Positions 51,445 to 60,706 of a DNA stretch of 64,000 nt are shown here, one piece after another. The notes under the pieces are model-generated. The model was not told the DNA's origin and made no database searches. It saw only the letters and a list, made by a program, of their open reading frames with translations. A program made the position numbers and the translations under genes. Positions within the stretch are counted from its first letter, which is position 1. Each line of letters starts with the position of its first letter. Source of the DNA: Gemmatimonadales bacterium (lineage in GTDB: Bacteria; Gemmatimonadota; Gemmatimonadetes; Gemmatimonadales; GWC2-71-9); the NCBI GenBank assembly GCA_041615815.1, contig JBFJCP010000019.1:28751-92750 (forward strand), read 5' to 3'.

Positions 51445-52935
51445 TCAGGGGAGCTCCGGTTCCGCACCGGACACCTCCCGCAGGAATGCCGGATCGTCGT
51501 CCGGGACTTCCGGAAGCACGCGGTGCAGGGCGAGGAGGCGGACACCGCCGAGCACCAAAACCCCAAACGTCACGGCGCGGACCATGAGCTGCACGAGCAG
51601 CCCGTCCGGCGCCCTGCCCGCGATCCACGCTGCGATTCCCGCCGCCACGACCGACACCACGAGCACCCGGGCGTAGAGCCTCCACGGAAACGCCTGCCGG
51701 AATCCGACGTGCATCACGCGACCAATCCGAACCAACACGTAGAGCCACGCCACCACGTTCGCCGCGAGCATCGCTACCGCCGCTCCCACCATTCCCACAG
51801 CCAAGGTCAGCGGCAGGCTCAGGACGACATTCGCCCCGAGCTGCACAAAGCTCGCCCACCACAACGACCGTGTGTCCCCGGCCGCTCGGAGCATGATTCC
51901 GTACTCTGCCACCCGGTGAAGCAGGATGATGGTGTGGATCTGGAATGGGAGCGTGGCCGCTGCGTACTGGCTCGTAAAGAGAAGAACGACCAATTGCGGC
52001 GCACAAAGCACGACCCCAAGGGTCGCAGGAACAACCAACAGCGACATGCGAGATGTGGACGCCAGCCAATACCCGAGGCTCAGGTCGGTCCGACCCACTT
52101 TGAATGCGTGCACGAGCCGTGTTGCGAGCACGGCGCCGATGGCGTAGGGGACGATCGAGACGAACGGGACTTCGGTGGCGGCAATCGCATACGCCCCGAA
52201 GTTGGGCGCGTCGAACGCGGCCACGAACCACTTGCCGATGTTGCGGTTCAGGATGGCGGTCCCGAGCGAGAGTCCCAGCGGCAACGTGTAGACCACCTGG
52301 TCCCGTACGAGTCTCCAGTCGACGGTGAGGAGGCCGCGCGGGGTGAGGAGCACGATCAGCCAGCCGTAGACGATGAACCGCACCCCGGCGTAGACCGCGA
52401 GCCCCACCATGGCGCCTTCCAGCCCGAACCCGAGGAGCAGCGGAACGGTCACGCCGACGATTTGCAGGAGACTGGCGCACGTCGTAAACACCGCAGACCC
52501 CGTCGCGCGTTCGGCAGCCAGCAAAAGCTGTGGGGCGCCGAGGGTGGGTACTTCGAGCACGAGCGCGAGCGCGAGCCATCCCAAGAGCCCCCGGACCTGA
52601 TAGGGACCGTCGGCGATCCAGGGTTCGATACCGAGGACAACAGCCGCAGTGACGGCACCGGTGGCGGCGAGGAGGCCCGAGGTTTGAACGGCCAAGCGCC
52701 GGCGTTCCTGTGGGGGAAGCCGTCCGTAGAAAAAGAAGATCCCCTGTTGGATGTTGAGGCCACCGAGCCCGATCGCCACCGAGTAGATGGAGAAGATGAG
52801 CGCCATGGTGGCCCAGTCCGGCTCGGAGAGAATGCGGACGAGAACCAGGGCGAGGACCAGCCCGCTCGCCTTGGCGAGACTCTGGCCGACGGTGATCACC
52901 GCCGTCCGCATCCCCAAGACGAACGCGCTCCTCAT
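51445..52935 (-). CDS. Wzx/MOP-family oligosaccharide flippase
   Basis: About 12-14 TM helices, YTLPLG, FGAYAIA, LFTSQY; downstream of glycosyltransferases. Confidence 0.8.
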   Translation of the reverse strand: MRSAFVLGMRTAVITVGQSLAKASGLVLALVLVRILSEPDWATMALIFSIYSVAIGLGGLNIQQGIFFFYGRLPPQERRRLAVQTSGLLAATGAVTAAVVLGIEPWIADGPYQVRGLLGWLALALVLEVPTLGAPQLLLAAERATGSAVFTTCASLLQIVGVTVPLLLGFGLEGAMVGLAVYAGVRFIVYGWLIVLLTPRGLLTVDWRLVRDQVVYTLPLGLSLGTAILNRNIGKWFVAAFDAPNFGAYAIAATEVPFVSIVPYAIGAVLATRLVHAFKVGRTDLSLGYWLASTSRMSLLVVPATLGVVLCAPQLVVLLFTSQYAAATLPFQIHTIILLHRVAEYGIMLRAAGDTRSLWWASFVQLGANVVLSLPLTLAVGMVGAAVAMLAANVVAWLYVLVRIGRVMHVGFRQAFPWRLYARVLVVSVVAAGIAAWIAGRAPDGLLVQLMVRAVTFGVLVLGGVRLLALHRVLPEVPDDDPAFLREVSGAEPELP

Positions 52936-53714
52936 CGGGCGAGGAGATCCAGCTCCCGGCTGTCCTCGAGGAACTGATGAACCGCCTCGCGCTCCAACCG
53001 CGTCAGGTGGAACAGTGGATGCATGAGCAGATCTCGCCGAATCCAACGAGCGATACCATAGTGAATCGTGTTGCGCACGCCTCGATGCAGACGCTCGGTG
53101 AAATGCGCGACCTCCCACGTGTTGGCTCCGTGGAAGCAGCGGATGAACAAATGGCTGTGGGGAGGTTGCACGATCCCGACGCGCATCGCGGCCGCCAGCT
53201 CACGCCGGAAGATGCTGTCTTCTCGGCGACTGAGATTGTGATAGCGCACGGCCGTGCGGCGGTGGACGATCGACCCAGGCGTTCCCCGCCGGAGCTGTGT
53301 CCGATAGGGATGTTCGACGAAGGCCGGCGAGTCGATATGCATGAGCGTCCAGCGGAGGACGCTTGCATCCAGGTTCTGGCGCTCGATCGCCTCGACCTGC
53401 GCGGTGAGGCGCCGGGGGTGATACCAGTCGTCGTCGTCCCATTGGGCGCAGTACGCTCCGTTCGCAAGATCGAGCGCGACGTTCCGCAGCGCCCCCAGTC
53501 GGCGGCTCGGATCAGCCTTGAGGCGATGGTAGCGGATGGGGAAGCGGTCTCGAAACGGTGCCAGGATCGGCTCGTAATCTTCGGAGCCGTCATCCACCAC
53601 CACCAATTCTTTCGGTGTCCACGTCTGCTTCGCGAAGCACTTGAGCGCCCGCCGGGCGAGCCGGGTGCGGTTCCGAGTCACCATCAGACAGCTCACCAGT
53701 GGCTTCGTGCTCAT
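52932..53714 (-). CDS. Glycosyltransferase family 2
   Basis: PLVSCLMVT, VVDDGSED, GALRN, QWDDDD. Confidence 0.9.
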   Translation of the reverse strand: MSTKPLVSCLMVTRNRTRLARRALKCFAKQTWTPKELVVVDDGSEDYEPILAPFRDRFPIRYHRLKADPSRRLGALRNVALDLANGAYCAQWDDDDWYHPRRLTAQVEAIERQNLDASVLRWTLMHIDSPAFVEHPYRTQLRRGTPGSIVHRRTAVRYHNLSRREDSIFRRELAAAMRVGIVQPPHSHLFIRCFHGANTWEVAHFTERLHRGVRNTIHYGIARWIRRDLLMHPLFHLTRLEREAVHQFLEDSRELDLLAR

Positions 53715-53762
53715 GTCGCGCCCACCGCCGTGACCGCCGGCCGGCACGCGGGCCCATTGGAG

Positions 53763-54917
53763 CTACTGCCGATCCAGCAGGTCGTGCAGGAAGGCTGCAA
53801 TCTTGTCGGCTCGCGCCTGCCACGTATAGCGGACAGACGTAGTCAGGGCATTGGTGGCGAGCTCACGCTGGCGGCCCGGATCGGCGAGCAGCGCCCCCAA
53901 CGCGGCGGCCGCGGCCGCGGGTCGATCGGGCTCCACGAGGACTGCGTCATGATTGGGGGTCAGGATTTCCCGGAGATCGGGTAGATCCGGCCCGATAATC
54001 GGACGACCCGTGGCGAGATACAGAAACGTCTTCATGGGAAGCACCGTCCGCCGGTGCGCGCGCAGCGGCTTGGCGGATGGGGGAATGACCAGACAGTCGG
54101 CTGCAAAGAGATACGGGGCTACCTGTGCTGGCGGGACACGGGGCAGCATCCGGATGTTTGGGGCCCGAGGGACTGTCCGCGGTTTCCCCATCTGTCCCAC
54201 GACGATGAAATGCACCTCCGGAAGCGCACGTGCCATGGCAGCGAGCTCATCCAATCCCTTGGTGCCATCCACGTGGCCGGCGTACGTGACGAGAGGGCCG
54301 TCGGGCGGTAGCCCGAGCCGGCGGCGCGCGTCGGCGGAACTGAGACGCGGTATCATCGCTTCCGGGGCAAATCCGTTGTGGGCAACGAGAACCCGCCCGG
54401 GATCGAACCCGAGCTTGAGAAACGAATCACGCGCCATCCGAGAATGGGCCACGATGCCGAGGAGCGCTGCCCGCCGGTAGCACAGGTGCCGCCACGCTGC
54501 AAATCGTCGGCGCGAATTGAGATCGATGCGGTACGTCTCGAAGATGACGCGTGGGTGGGCGGCGAGGGCGGTCAGCAGCGAGAACGGATCCCGCGTGTAG
54601 ACGAAGTCGTAGCCGCGCCCCCGTGCGAACGACGAGGCAACGACGTCGTGCCACGGACGAATCGCGTTGCCACGGATCGCTCGCGGCACGACCCGCTCGA
54701 TGATCCGCAGTCCGTTGTCGAGTGCGTCGAACGGGATGCCGTAGAACTCCGCGATCTTTTGGGGGTGGCGGTCGTCGGCTGGCTCGGATGGACGCCGGGG
54801 TGCGATGACGTCCACGTCGATCCCGGCGTGCGCGAGTGCCGCCGCCGTTTTGACGATCTGCTCCGTGTTCGTATACGGAGACGGCAGCGGTTCGTGACAC
54901 ACGTAGAGGATCTTCAT
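53763..54917 (-). CDS. Glycosyltransferase family 4
   Basis: HNGF, YAGH..KG, PMKTFLYLATGRPII. Confidence 0.88.
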   Translation of the reverse strand: MKILYVCHEPLPSPYTNTEQIVKTAAALAHAGIDVDVIAPRRPSEPADDRHPQKIAEFYGIPFDALDNGLRIIERVVPRAIRGNAIRPWHDVVASSFARGRGYDFVYTRDPFSLLTALAAHPRVIFETYRIDLNSRRRFAAWRHLCYRRAALLGIVAHSRMARDSFLKLGFDPGRVLVAHNGFAPEAMIPRLSSADARRRLGLPPDGPLVTYAGHVDGTKGLDELAAMARALPEVHFIVVGQMGKPRTVPRAPNIRMLPRVPPAQVAPYLFAADCLVIPPSAKPLRAHRRTVLPMKTFLYLATGRPIIGPDLPDLREILTPNHDAVLVEPDRPAAAAAALGALLADPGRQRELATNALTTSVRYTWQARADKIAAFLHDLLDRQ

Positions 54918-55308
54918 CCCAATGTGCCGTCGGCTGCGGTTTTCCCGGCGGACCCCCCGGGCAGCCCGGTGGGTTGCGTGGGCCCCGCAGCGATGCGCAC
55001 GAGCGCTGGCAGGGCGGCCAGCGCGGTCGTGACGCCGTTGGTGAGGACCGCGTCCCCAGTGACTGTGAGCACCGCGAGAAACGAACCGGCTCCTTCCTGA
55101 CCGTACCGGTGGTACAGGTGCACGCCACGATCGGCGCCGAATCCGAACACGGTTGGAACCGGGCCCATGTTGACGATGCTCAACTTCATGTCGAGCCGCT
55201 GCATGACGGTACCGAGCCAGTCAGGCCGAGTTTGAGCAGCCGCATAGGCCGGCCGCCGCCGATCGAGGCAATGACTCCCTGGACCACCTGTTCAACCGCG
55301 TGCTTCAC
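54914..55308 (-). pseudogene. Remnant of an MMPL/RND transporter C-terminus
   Basis: NMGPVPTVFGFGADRGVHLYHRY..TGDAVLTNGVTT resembles the MMPL motif GxGxDYxxH..R..TG.A....TT; truncated and frameshifted upstream. Confidence 0.55.
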
Positions 55309-55389
55309 GTCTGCTCCCGTTCGCTGTTCCGGCGACGGGAACAATATAGATTACGCGCCGAGCACCCGACGGGACGAGGCAATCGCTGC

Positions 55390-55737
55390 ATGCTGCTCAA
55401 GCTCGATGTTGGGACGCCGGATCCATGGCTGGTGTTCGATCTTATTGGTGAAGGCCGCTCGCTGGGGACGGGGACGATCGCGCGAATCCCTGGGCGGGCG
55501 CGGCTCCAACTTGCGGAGATCGGAGATGCCGCGCTCGGGTTCGTCCTGTTCTTCCAGCTAGGCGCTGCTGGCTCGGTCATCGCCGATTGGCTCTACGAGA
55601 CCTTGAAGGACCGTGCCACCACGGTCGCGATCGACGGCGTGGAGGTTCCCATCCGCCGGCGTTCCCTGCATCGACTGCTGTCAGAGCGGATTCAACAGGT
55701 CGAATTGGCGGCGGTGCAGGCAGGGATGGCGTTTTGA
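55390..55737 (+). CDS. Hypothetical protein
   Basis: 115-aa ORF, GAGG upstream, plausible composition. Confidence 0.5.
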   Translation: MLLKLDVGTPDPWLVFDLIGEGRSLGTGTIARIPGRARLQLAEIGDAALGFVLFFQLGAAGSVIADWLYETLKDRATTVAIDGVEVPIRRRSLHRLLSERIQQVELAAVQAGMAF

Positions 55738-55740
55738 GGA

Positions 55741-55947
55741 TCAATCCTCGAGCCCGCGAACGGTGAGGGTCGGGGAGCCATCCGCCGCTTTGGACACGAG
55801 ACAGATGTTCGGCCGGCAGCATATCCAACAATCCTCCACGAACTCTTGTGGGGTGTCCTGGCTCGAGTCCACGGCGATTTCGAGCCGTTCGCCGCAATGC
55901 GGGCACGGAGCGCGGAGCACGGGGTTGGGGTAGACCCAATCGTTCAT
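55741..55947 (-). CDS. CPXCG-motif cysteine-rich protein
   Basis: CPHCGE..VD.S..QEFVEDCWICCRP. Confidence 0.85.
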   Translation of the reverse strand: MNDWVYPNPVLRAPCPHCGERLEIAVDSSQDTPQEFVEDCWICCRPNICLVSKAADGSPTLTVRGLED

Positions 55948-57596
55948 GCGGCGGCGGTGCCCTCGGGGCGCCGGCGTCCAAGGAGCCCCAAGACGGCGGG
56001 AATCAACGCCAAGCCCATCACGATGACTCCGGAGACGACGTAGGCGGGATTGCCCGAGGTGAGCAGGGGCATCCCAATCAGGATCGCGTCGATCGCAAAG
56101 TGCGCCACGATACACGCGAGCAGCCCGAGATGGAGAAACCCTAGGCCGAAGATGATGCCGCCGATGGTGAGCTCGATGCCCCGAATATAGACCGGGAATA
56201 CGGGATAGTTCGAATGGGCGAACGCCCAGATGGCCGCTGGGATGAGCAGGGCCAGCACGGTGGACTTGAGATAGCGTTTCACCAGCGAAATGCCAAACAG
56301 TCGGTAGGTGAGCTCTTCAGTTGTGGCTGCCACGACACTCACGGTCAGCGGTGCCAAAAACGGCAGGTAGTTGTTGAAGATCTCTGACTGGGGTCCCTCG
56401 GCCGGCAGCCAGGCGCCGAAGTACTGGCGTGCGATCACGTAGAAGACCGTGAGATACCCCAGGACCAGGAAACCCAAGGCGTACCCCCGAAGGCTGGCCG
56501 CCGTCATCGCCGGCGTGAGCAGCTTGCCGCGAGCCGCGTCGAGCCACCCGGTCAGCGTCTCGGGGAAGGTGTTTCGGCCGAGCGATTCACCGGCGCCGGC
56601 CGTAAACAGCGTCCAGAGTCCATAAATGGTCGCCGCGAAGAGCACGCCGAATACCAGGAGACCCCCGTAGGCGGCCCAAGGGAACTCGGTCGGGTAGCGG
56701 AATTTGGCACCGGGCCAGGAGGTGGCAGCCGCAACGATCACGAGGAGAGCGATGGCGACCGCGACGGCGAAGGCGGGCTTCCACCGCACGTCGTCCAGCC
56801 GGTGACGTGCAATGGTGATGCCCAACGCGATCAGCACCAGTATGAACGTGAGTCCCAGGCTGCCGAACGCGAGGACGGTCCCCACGCTCAAGGATCGCTG
56901 TAAACCCCGGGAAAACTGCTCAGGGACGCGCAGGAAGTGGCGATACCCCCCAATGGCATTCCCCTGCACATCCACGGTGATACGGACCGACCCCATGCCG
57001 GCTTCGGGATCATCCTCGCGCCACGGGATCGTCGAGCCCTGCTTTTCCCACGAGAATCGGTGGTCGGTGCGGTTGTCGAGTCGCTCGCTCGAAGCCTCGA
57101 TTCGCTCCAGCGTGTTCAAGTCCCATCCCTGCTGCTGCAAGAAGGTCTCCGCCAGCGTCCGGGCGTCGGCCTCCTCCAGGTGTGCGCCCGGTGCGGCCTC
57201 CTCGAGCAGGTGCTGGAATGCGGTGATGCGGCCATCGACCCCCACCCCGACTCGCCACTCTTCCTTCACCTCCGGCCGGAACCAACGATGGCTCCAGCGC
57301 CAGACCGGCACTTCTTCCCGAGCCCAGCGGCTTGCCTCGGACAGGCCGAGGGTGCGCTGGAGGAAGACGAGCGATTCGGTGTCCCCCGCGAACACGGCCG
57401 CGCCTTTCCACTCGGCAACGCTCGCGCCGCGGGCTTGGAGGAACTCGCCGGCGCGAGTCAAGGCATCCGGCCTGGCGATCTCCAATCGCACGGCTGCCTG
57501 GGGCGTGGCCGTGCGGTACAGCAGTACGAAGGCCACCAGCCCGGCGGCGCCGGCAAGCGCGAGGAATAGGTCTGAAGCTCGGACGCGTTGACTCAT
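55944..57596 (-). CDS. CPBP (Abi/CAAX) intramembrane glutamic endopeptidase with large N-terminal extracytoplasmic domain
   Basis: EELTYR, WAFAH, AHFAID motifs; many TM helices. Confidence 0.85.
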   Translation of the reverse strand: MSQRVRASDLFLALAGAAGLVAFVLLYRTATPQAAVRLEIARPDALTRAGEFLQARGASVAEWKGAAVFAGDTESLVFLQRTLGLSEASRWAREEVPVWRWSHRWFRPEVKEEWRVGVGVDGRITAFQHLLEEAAPGAHLEEADARTLAETFLQQQGWDLNTLERIEASSERLDNRTDHRFSWEKQGSTIPWREDDPEAGMGSVRITVDVQGNAIGGYRHFLRVPEQFSRGLQRSLSVGTVLAFGSLGLTFILVLIALGITIARHRLDDVRWKPAFAVAVAIALLVIVAAATSWPGAKFRYPTEFPWAAYGGLLVFGVLFAATIYGLWTLFTAGAGESLGRNTFPETLTGWLDAARGKLLTPAMTAASLRGYALGFLVLGYLTVFYVIARQYFGAWLPAEGPQSEIFNNYLPFLAPLTVSVVAATTEELTYRLFGISLVKRYLKSTVLALLIPAAIWAFAHSNYPVFPVYIRGIELTIGGIIFGLGFLHLGLLACIVAHFAIDAILIGMPLLTSGNPAYVVSGVIVMGLALIPAVLGLLGRRRPEGTAAA

Positions 57597-57680
57597 GGAG
57601 GTCTCCGAAATGGACGTGCCAGCAAACGCCCAGAAAGGCTAGCCCTCGGACGTCGGCGCGGCCAGAGTCTCCCCGACGTG

Positions 57681-57721
57681 GAAAGCCCCCGCGCGGGCCA
57701 GCGTCACGGGGGCTTTCTGTT
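57681..57721. terminator. Intrinsic terminator-like hairpin
   Basis: GAAAGCCCCCG...CGGGGGCTTTC just downstream of the DUF4382-like gene. Confidence 0.6.
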
Positions 57722-57737
57722 CATCGGGGGAGGCGTG

Positions 57738-58418
57738 TCAGGGGCTCGACCGGAGTACCGGGTTCACGTTGACGCTCCCGCTCCCCGTCGCCGTCGCATT
57801 CCTGATGGAGGTGCCGTCGTCAAAGAAAAGGCTGACCGATTGGGTCGTACCGCCCGCACCTTCAACTGTGAACGAGGCATCCGTCTTGAGGCCGGTTTGC
57901 GCACCCGACGGCACAGTGACCGGATGTTGCTCCGGCGCCGCCGCATACTCGTAGTTGCCCACGGTAAAACCACTCACAAACTCCACCCAGGCCTCTCCGA
58001 CGATCAGCCGGACCTTGCGGTAGTCTCCAGCGTCAACGGTACCCTCCGCAATGACCAGGGGCGATTCGTCGGTGGTGGGGAGGCTAGTGAGGTCGATCGT
58101 GATCCCCTCGCCCTCCTGGTTGGTCAGATCCACCTCGACCCACGCCGCCTCATCGTCTTCCTGTGTTTGAGGGTCTTGGCCCTCCGCGACGACGGGCAGA
58201 AACCTGACGCTCGTGATCTCGACCATGAGGCTGGCCACATTGGCGAGGTCGATCGCACCGGCTGCGGCTCCAGAGGCCGGCGCCGACGTCGCGGTGCTGC
58301 GTTGCAGAGTAATTTGCACCGATCCGGTGTCGATGCCGGCAGTGTCAGCGCAGCCGACCAAGAACAGGATTCCGAGACCCAGTGCCATGCTCGTGCCGAC
58401 TGGTTTTGTTCGAAGCAT
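57738..58418 (-). CDS. DUF4382-like lipoprotein
   Basis: FLVGC lipobox; IDLTSL, GDYRKVRL, VPSGAQTGLK, VNPVL. Confidence 0.75.
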   Translation of the reverse strand: MLRTKPVGTSMALGLGILFLVGCADTAGIDTGSVQITLQRSTATSAPASGAAAGAIDLANVASLMVEITSVRFLPVVAEGQDPQTQEDDEAAWVEVDLTNQEGEGITIDLTSLPTTDESPLVIAEGTVDAGDYRKVRLIVGEAWVEFVSGFTVGNYEYAAAPEQHPVTVPSGAQTGLKTDASFTVEGAGGTTQSVSLFFDDGTSIRNATATGSGSVNVNPVLRSSP

Positions 58419-58464
58419 AGATGATGCACCCCTGTTGCAAGATGAAAGGCCATATACAGCGGTT

Positions 58465-58480
58465 TGCAAGGTTTGCGCCG
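58465..58480 (-). promoter_or_regulatory. Possible sigma54 promoter
   Basis: CGGCGCAAACCTTGCA has GG-N10-GC spacing with TTGCA, upstream of the lipoprotein gene. Confidence 0.35.
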
Positions 58481-58540
58481 TCACGTCGACGGTTTGACGG
58501 GGTAGCGCCCTGCGGTACGAGCTTCTACCGTTCCTGCGCA

Positions 58541-59326
58541 ATGACGCCCTGGGTAATACGACTCATTCTCGCGAACGTTGCCGTGTTCTTCGTCACGTGG
58601 GCGGTGCCCCTCCTGCCAGCGGGGCCACTGGTGTTGGTGCCCGCGCAACTGATCCAACGTCCTTGGACCCTCGTGACGTACATGTTCCTCCACGCGGGAA
58701 TCTGGCACCTCGTCTTCAACATGATTGGGCTTTTCTTCTTTGGTCCCCGGCTGGAAGCCCGGCTCGGTGGCAGGCACTTTCTCGGTCTTTACTTTGCGAG
58801 CGGATTCACGGGCGCGTTGTTGTCACTTCCGTTCAATCCGTTCGTGGGCATCGTGGGCGCATCGGGAGCGGTGTTTGGCGTGCTCCTGGGGTTTGCACGG
58901 TATTGGCCGCGGGAGAGGATTTATATCTGGGGGATCATCCCTATCGAGGCGCGGGTGCTGGTCATTCTGCTGACGGTGCTGGCCCTATGGGGGGGATTCG
59001 GAGCAGGCCGATCCGGTGTTGCCCATTTCGCACACCTCGGGGGATTCTTGGGTGGCTTCCTGTACCTCAAGTGGCGGGAGGTGCGCTCGCCCGCCGCTCA
59101 GTTCAAAGCCAAGGCCAGTCGTGGTCCGACCAAGCTGCCCATTCGCTCCGACGTGGAGAAATGGCGCAAGATCCGTCGCGAGGACCTCCATCCCATCAAT
59201 CGAGACGAGCTCGACCGCATCCTCGATAAGATCGGGGCCACCGGTGTCGAGAGTCTGACCCAGGACGAGCGGGCGTTTCTCGAACGGTTCCGCGGCGCGG
59301 ACGCAAGCGGGCACGGCACCGCATGA
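58541..59326 (+). CDS. Rhomboid intramembrane serine protease
   Basis: PWTLVTYMFLH, HLVFNM, GASG, AHFAHLGG; C-terminal LDRILDKI..SLT..ER. Confidence 0.93.
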   Translation: MTPWVIRLILANVAVFFVTWAVPLLPAGPLVLVPAQLIQRPWTLVTYMFLHAGIWHLVFNMIGLFFFGPRLEARLGGRHFLGLYFASGFTGALLSLPFNPFVGIVGASGAVFGVLLGFARYWPRERIYIWGIIPIEARVLVILLTVLALWGGFGAGRSGVAHFAHLGGFLGGFLYLKWREVRSPAAQFKAKASRGPTKLPIRSDVEKWRKIRREDLHPINRDELDRILDKIGATGVESLTQDERAFLERFRGADASGHGTA

Positions 59327-59751
59327 GTGAGGCCCTTCGGGCGATCGACGAGATCGTGAACCGAGAAACCCGCGCGTGGGATACGCAGGACGTGGATCTC
59401 CTGCTATCGGTGTTTCATCCCGACATGGTGTGGCCGTGGCCGCCCCATCCCCAGGCGCACGATCCCTTGGAGTGGGTCTTGGAGTGGGGGCGTTACGACC
59501 GCGCGCGCTGGCGAGCCGGTTGGTGCGGCTTGTTTCGACGGTACCGACTCGTGCACAATGTCCGCCACCTCCAACGCATTGTCCTGTCCAAAGAGGAAGA
59601 CGGTGCGCTTGCCGTGGTGGACGTGGATACGCTCTGGCGGGACGCGTCGGGGTCAGACTTTCAATGGAAGGGACGCGCCGGCAAGATCTACACGAAGATG
59701 GGGAACGAGTGGAAGATGATCGCCCAAACGGGGTTGTTGGAGTACTCCTAA
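59323..59751 (+). CDS. SnoaL/NTF2-like protein
   Basis: RAWDTQDVDLLLSVFHPD; C-terminal EWKMI. Confidence 0.75.
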   Translation: MSEALRAIDEIVNRETRAWDTQDVDLLLSVFHPDMVWPWPPHPQAHDPLEWVLEWGRYDRARWRAGWCGLFRRYRLVHNVRHLQRIVLSKEEDGALAVVDVDTLWRDASGSDFQWKGRAGKIYTKMGNEWKMIAQTGLLEYS

Positions 59752-59753
59752 CG

Positions 59754-59807
59754 GATAGGCGAGATAGGCGAGATAGGCGAGATAGGCGGGATAGGCGGGA
59801 TAGGCGG
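59754..59807 (+). repeat. 9-bp tandem repeat, (GATAGGCGA)3(GATAGGCGG)3
   Basis: Six contiguous units read directly. Confidence 0.95.
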
Positions 59808-59832
59808 GCCCCGAGCGACACGACGAGGGCTC

Positions 59833-60576
59833 ATGGCTCATCAGCAGCGTCTCACAGCCATTCTCTGGGATTTTGACGGGACACTCGCGGACACGCGCGA
59901 GCGGAATCTGCGCGTCACGCGCCGCGTCGTAGCGCACGTTACGGGGCGCGCCCCCGACGGTTTTCCGGGTCTCCGCTCGCTGGCGGCGTACGATGCCGCC
60001 ACCGTGCGGGCCGGGAATTGGCGCGAGCTCTACGGCCAGATGTTGGGACTGACCGAGGAAGAAACGGATCGGGCCGGTGCCGCGTGGAGTCTCTTTCAGC
60101 GGCGGGAGCGGACCGTGAGCACTCTCTACGAGGGTGTTGCCGCGGCGCTCCGTGCTCTCGGTGCTTGGTCCCACGGGATCGTTTCGCAAAATGCTCGAGG
60201 GGAGATTCTGCGAACGGTGCGGGCCGCTGGGATCGCCGATCGGTTTCAGGTCGTGGTAGGCTACGAGGAGGTCTCCGCCCGGCGGCAAAAGCCCGAACCG
60301 GACGGCATTCTCGCGTGCCTTGCGCGTCTAGCGGACCACGGGACGGGGTGTATTCTCTACGTGGGGGACCACGAGTCGGACATGGAGTGCGCCCGCCGCG
60401 CCGACGTGGCCCTCAAGGAGCGGGGTTTGGCGATCACGGTGAAGGCCGTTGCGGCACTCTGGGGTCGCCACGCGGATGACGCGGCGTGGCGGGTACGTCC
60501 CGATTATCGCGCCCACCACGCGCTGGACATCGTGAACATCGCAGGGCAGTGGGGTACGCGTCCGTCGAACGACTGA
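59833..60576 (+). CDS. HAD-family phosphatase
   Basis: WDFDGTL, KPEP, VGDHESD. Confidence 0.88.
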   Translation: MAHQQRLTAILWDFDGTLADTRERNLRVTRRVVAHVTGRAPDGFPGLRSLAAYDAATVRAGNWRELYGQMLGLTEEETDRAGAAWSLFQRRERTVSTLYEGVAAALRALGAWSHGIVSQNARGEILRTVRAAGIADRFQVVVGYEEVSARRQKPEPDGILACLARLADHGTGCILYVGDHESDMECARRADVALKERGLAITVKAVAALWGRHADDAAWRVRPDYRAHHALDIVNIAGQWGTRPSND

Positions 60577-60650
60577 CCAACGAACGGAGCGATGGGCGGT
60601 CTGTGTGGATCCGGCTTTGTCACCACCGAGTCACGGGTGCCACGACGCGC

Positions 60651-60679
60651 TTGCCACCCGCCGTGCGCCGTGATACGCT
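60651..60679 (+). promoter_or_regulatory. Sigma70-type promoter
   Basis: TTGCCA-N17-TACGCT. Confidence 0.5.
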
Positions 60680-60706
60680 TTCCCGACTTTTTCCAACCTT
60701 CCTTCC

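Noticed and set aside
59754..59807. CRISPR array (also 37898-37932)
   Set aside because: Units of 9-12 bp, no spacers, no cas genes
58985..59821. ORF with (RLS)n repeat
   Set aside because: Translation of the intergenic minisatellite, antisense to real genes
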